Below the pieces are notes generated by a model. That model had not been told where the DNA came from, made no database searches, and saw only the letters and a list, made by a program, of their open reading frames with translations. A DNA stretch of 64,000 nt, from NCBI RefSeq assembly GCF_964355755.1, contig NC_092679.1, positions 24,783,432 to 24,847,431 on the forward strand. The letters are read 5' to 3'. This document shows, one piece after another, positions 60,891 through 64,000 of this stretch; position 1 is the first letter of the stretch; each line of letters starts with the position of its first letter. A program made the position numbers and the translations under genes. This stretch comes from Antedon mediterranea. Its lineage: Eukaryota > Animalia > Echinodermata.

Positions 60891-62810
60891 AGCCCCATTC
60901 CCTACGTTTTTTAGATCTAATTTAAGATCACAAACTATATTTAATATAAAAATAGTACTATATGGTCCTATTGCGATAACTTTTTTCGTCTTTAAACGGT
61001 TAAAAATGTGAAAAATAAATCGATTCTAATAATTATAGCGGCCCGCTATAAATCCCAAAATGCATTGCGTGCGGATTGATATTTTTGTTTTTCACCTGTA
61101 ATTCACCCACTTTTCGATCGATCGTGAAGCCAAAACAAATGGAAGACTCCTAACTTTTCAGCGAAAATACCGGGTTTTCCCCAATTTGTATCAACGGAGT
61201 CTGGCAAAAATAGAAAGACAATTAATGCAGCAACTATACAACGTCAGGCTAGGTATATAGCTAGCGTACGATGTTAGTACGTTATCGATGTTTACCAGCT
61301 AGGCCTACAAAACTAAGCCTAGCTAGGCTAGGCCTACAGTAAGGCCGTCCACGAGAGGTCGATCGCCGCGAGCTACTTAGGTAGTGCATTGTTTCTCATT
61401 TTTTATCATAATTTACCATAAAACGTACATTTAAGACAAGGAATGACATGGTTTAATGTTTTTAAAGTGATATATATGTATTATTTTCCAAAAAACGTCC
61501 AATATTGCAGGGAAGGGGTCTTTAAGTAAACAACTTTATATATTTTATAAGCATTTAAAGCCCCATTCCCTACGTTTTTTAGATCTAATTTAAGATCACA
61601 AACTATATTTAATATAAAAATAATACTATATGGTCCTATTGCGATAACTTTTTTCGTCTTTAAACGGTTAAAAATGTGAAAAATAAATTGATTCTAATAA
61701 TTATAGCGGCCCGCTATAAATCCCAAAATGCATTGCGTGCGGATTGATATTTTTGTTTTTCACCTGTAATTCACCCACTTTTCGATCGATCGTGAAGCCA
61801 AAACAAATGGAAGACTCCTAACTTTTCAGCGAAAATACCGGGTTTTCCCCAATTTGTATCAACGGAGTCTGGCAAAAATAGAAAGACAATTAATGCAGCA
61901 ACTATACAACGTCAGGCTAGGTATATAGCTAGCGTACGATGTTAGTACGTTATCGATGTTTACCAGCTAGGCCTACAAAACTAAGCCTAGCTAGGCTAGG
62001 CCTACAGTAAGGCCGTCCACGAGAGGTCGATCGCCGCGAGCTACTTAGGTAGTGCATTGTTTCTCATTTTTTATCATAATTTACCATAAAACGTACATTT
62101 AAGACAAGGAATGACATGGTTTAATGTTTTTAAAGTGATATATATGTATTATTTTCCAAAAAACGTCCAATATTGCAGGGAAGGGGTCTTTAAGTAAACA
62201 ACTTTATATATTTTATAAGCATTTAAAGCCCCATTCCCTACGTTTTTTAGATCTAATTTAAGATCACAAACTATATTTAATGTAAAAATAATACTATATG
62301 GTCCTATTGCGATAACTTTTTTCGTCTTTAAACGGTTAAAAATGTGAAAAATAAGTCGATTCTAATAATTATAGCGGCCCGCTATAAATCCCAAAATGCA
62401 TTGCGCGCGGATTGATATTTTTGTTTTTCACCTGTAATTCGCCCACTTTTCGATCGATCGTGAGGCCAAAACAAATGGAAGACTCCTAACTTTTCAGCGA
62501 AAATACCGGGTTTTCCCCAATTTGTATCAACGGAGTCTGGCAAAAATAGAAATACAATTAATGCAGCAACTATACAACGTCAGGCTAGGTATATAGGTAG
62601 CGTACGATGTTCGTACGTTACCGATGTTTACCAGCTAGGCCTACAAAACTAAGCCTAGCTAGGCTAGGCCTAAGACCGTCCACGAGAGGTCGATCGCCGC
62701 GAGCTACTTAGGTAGTGCATTGTTTCTCACTTTTTATCATAATTTACCATAAAACGTACATTTAAGACAAGGAATGACATGGTTTAATGTTTTTAAAGTG
62801 ATATATATGT
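60891..62810 (+). mobile_element. Tandem array of a ~630-bp Kolobok-type non-autonomous element (668-bp period; 2 full copies plus 1 truncated)
   Basis: ttaa|agccccattccctac...gcagggaaggggtct|ttaa; copies start at 60891, 61559 and 62227. Confidence 0.85.
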
Positions 62811-62813
62811 GTA

Positions 62814-64000
62814 CAGCCACATCAAAACCAGGCGCTTGTCGCTAGATAGGGATTTGTGTAAAATGCATTTGAATGTGTGAAACTCATATTTTGACCATTT
62901 TGTTTTTTTACCATTATCTGATAGGAAATTTACCGTAGATTTCAAAAATACATATCTTATTAACTAATTCAAATGGAAAGGTGGTAAAAATTACATAAAT
63001 CTGAGCCTCTATCCTCGTGTTTCGATTGAAAGAACGTGGTAATTCGTTATAAAAAAGCAGTTATTTTCGTCATTCCTACGCCGTAATTTTGTAGATAACC
63101 CCTGAAAGCTTGGTATCATTCGATAGGTATTTTGTTCATGAATCTAAAAATAAATGAGTGATGTCACAGATTGTACGATATAGACCAATAAAAACCGATT
63201 TTATAGAACCCTTTAGTGTAAACAAAAACGGCCTTGTTGCTACGAACACGCTGAAAGAAGCGATGTGATTGGTTTAATTTTGTCACATGACCCATCCAGC
63301 ATGGAAAATTCCAGGTCAACAAAATCTTATCGCTAGTACACGCTTGTCGAGAAAAATATATTTTTTATAGTTCATCTAAGTACTGTACACAGTAATACTA
63401 AAGTGACGTGTACTGACTCAGACTTGATAACAATAAGTTATAACATACTAAAGTAAAGGGCCTAGCTAAGTTATTTATCGTAAGAGTTGATATTAGCAAT
63501 GTAACTCTCAATCCACTGGCACTAGGCCTAGGCCTAGCTAGGTTCAGTAGGCTAGACCTGGCTCTACTAGTAGCCTAGGCCTAGTACTATAAGCCTAGAC
63601 TAGGCGGAGATCCGCCTAGGCCTACTACTACGCTGGGCTACTAGCCTAGATAGGCTGCATGGCATAGTAGGCCTAGCTAGCTAGTAATAATAATAGTAAT
63701 AACAACAACAAGGCCTAGCCCAATTAAAATAAGATAGAGTTTTCCTCTCTATAGTATAATAAGCCGGGTCCTCCTGGAAGGCTTTACTTTACTTACTAGG
63801 CCTACTGCTGGGCTATTTTATTTATTTCAATTTGGTTAAATTTCATTATGCTTAAAAATTGCCAATGATGGGTTGGGTGTGTGGGGAGTGTGTGCAAAAC
63901 ATAAACCGTAAAAACCAGTACAATACAAATCCCTCACAAATAAAATACTGGTACCTTGGCTAAATTTCACGTTATTCATCATGCTTAAAAACATTGTTCA
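62814..64000. other. Unrelated sequence (possible insertion) that truncates the third Kolobok copy and runs off the window
   Basis: Homology to the 668-bp unit stops abruptly at ~62810; the new sequence begins ta|cagccacatcaaaaccagg and becomes TAGGCCTA-rich later. Confidence 0.35.

Overview
AT-rich animal genomic DNA with spliceosomal GT-AG introns. It is probably from an invertebrate deuterostome such as an echinoderm; this is inference from a Deu/Nin-type SINE, the TBP sequence and frequent TAGGCCTA motifs. Four multi-exon host genes were reconstructed by hand: a gamma-butyrobetaine dioxygenase-like 2OG/Fe(II) oxygenase (+), RSPH10B (-, 17 coding exons, X-box near the start codon), a TMEM196/MS4A-like four-TM gene (-) and TBP (+). 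The rest is a dense, nested repeat landscape. It includes a near-intact CR1/L2-group LINE, an ORF1-only retroelement, tRNA-SINEs, foldback-type elements with GGGTG termini and 8-10 bp TSDs, TAC..GTA (IS3EU-like) elements, Kolobok-type TTAA elements and more than a dozen locally generated tandem arrays. The most notable observations are: (i) tiny CA..TG palindromes with 7-bp target duplications that resemble P-element-type excision footprints; (ii) a 44-bp satellite that arose inside an old Kolobok-type element and was later invaded by a foldback element; (iii) minimal Penelope-type hammerhead ribozyme motifs; (iv) a tandem array that multiplies an RSPH10B splice donor; (v) six hairpin MITEs in the probable TBP 3' UTR. 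All calls were made by eye without database searches.
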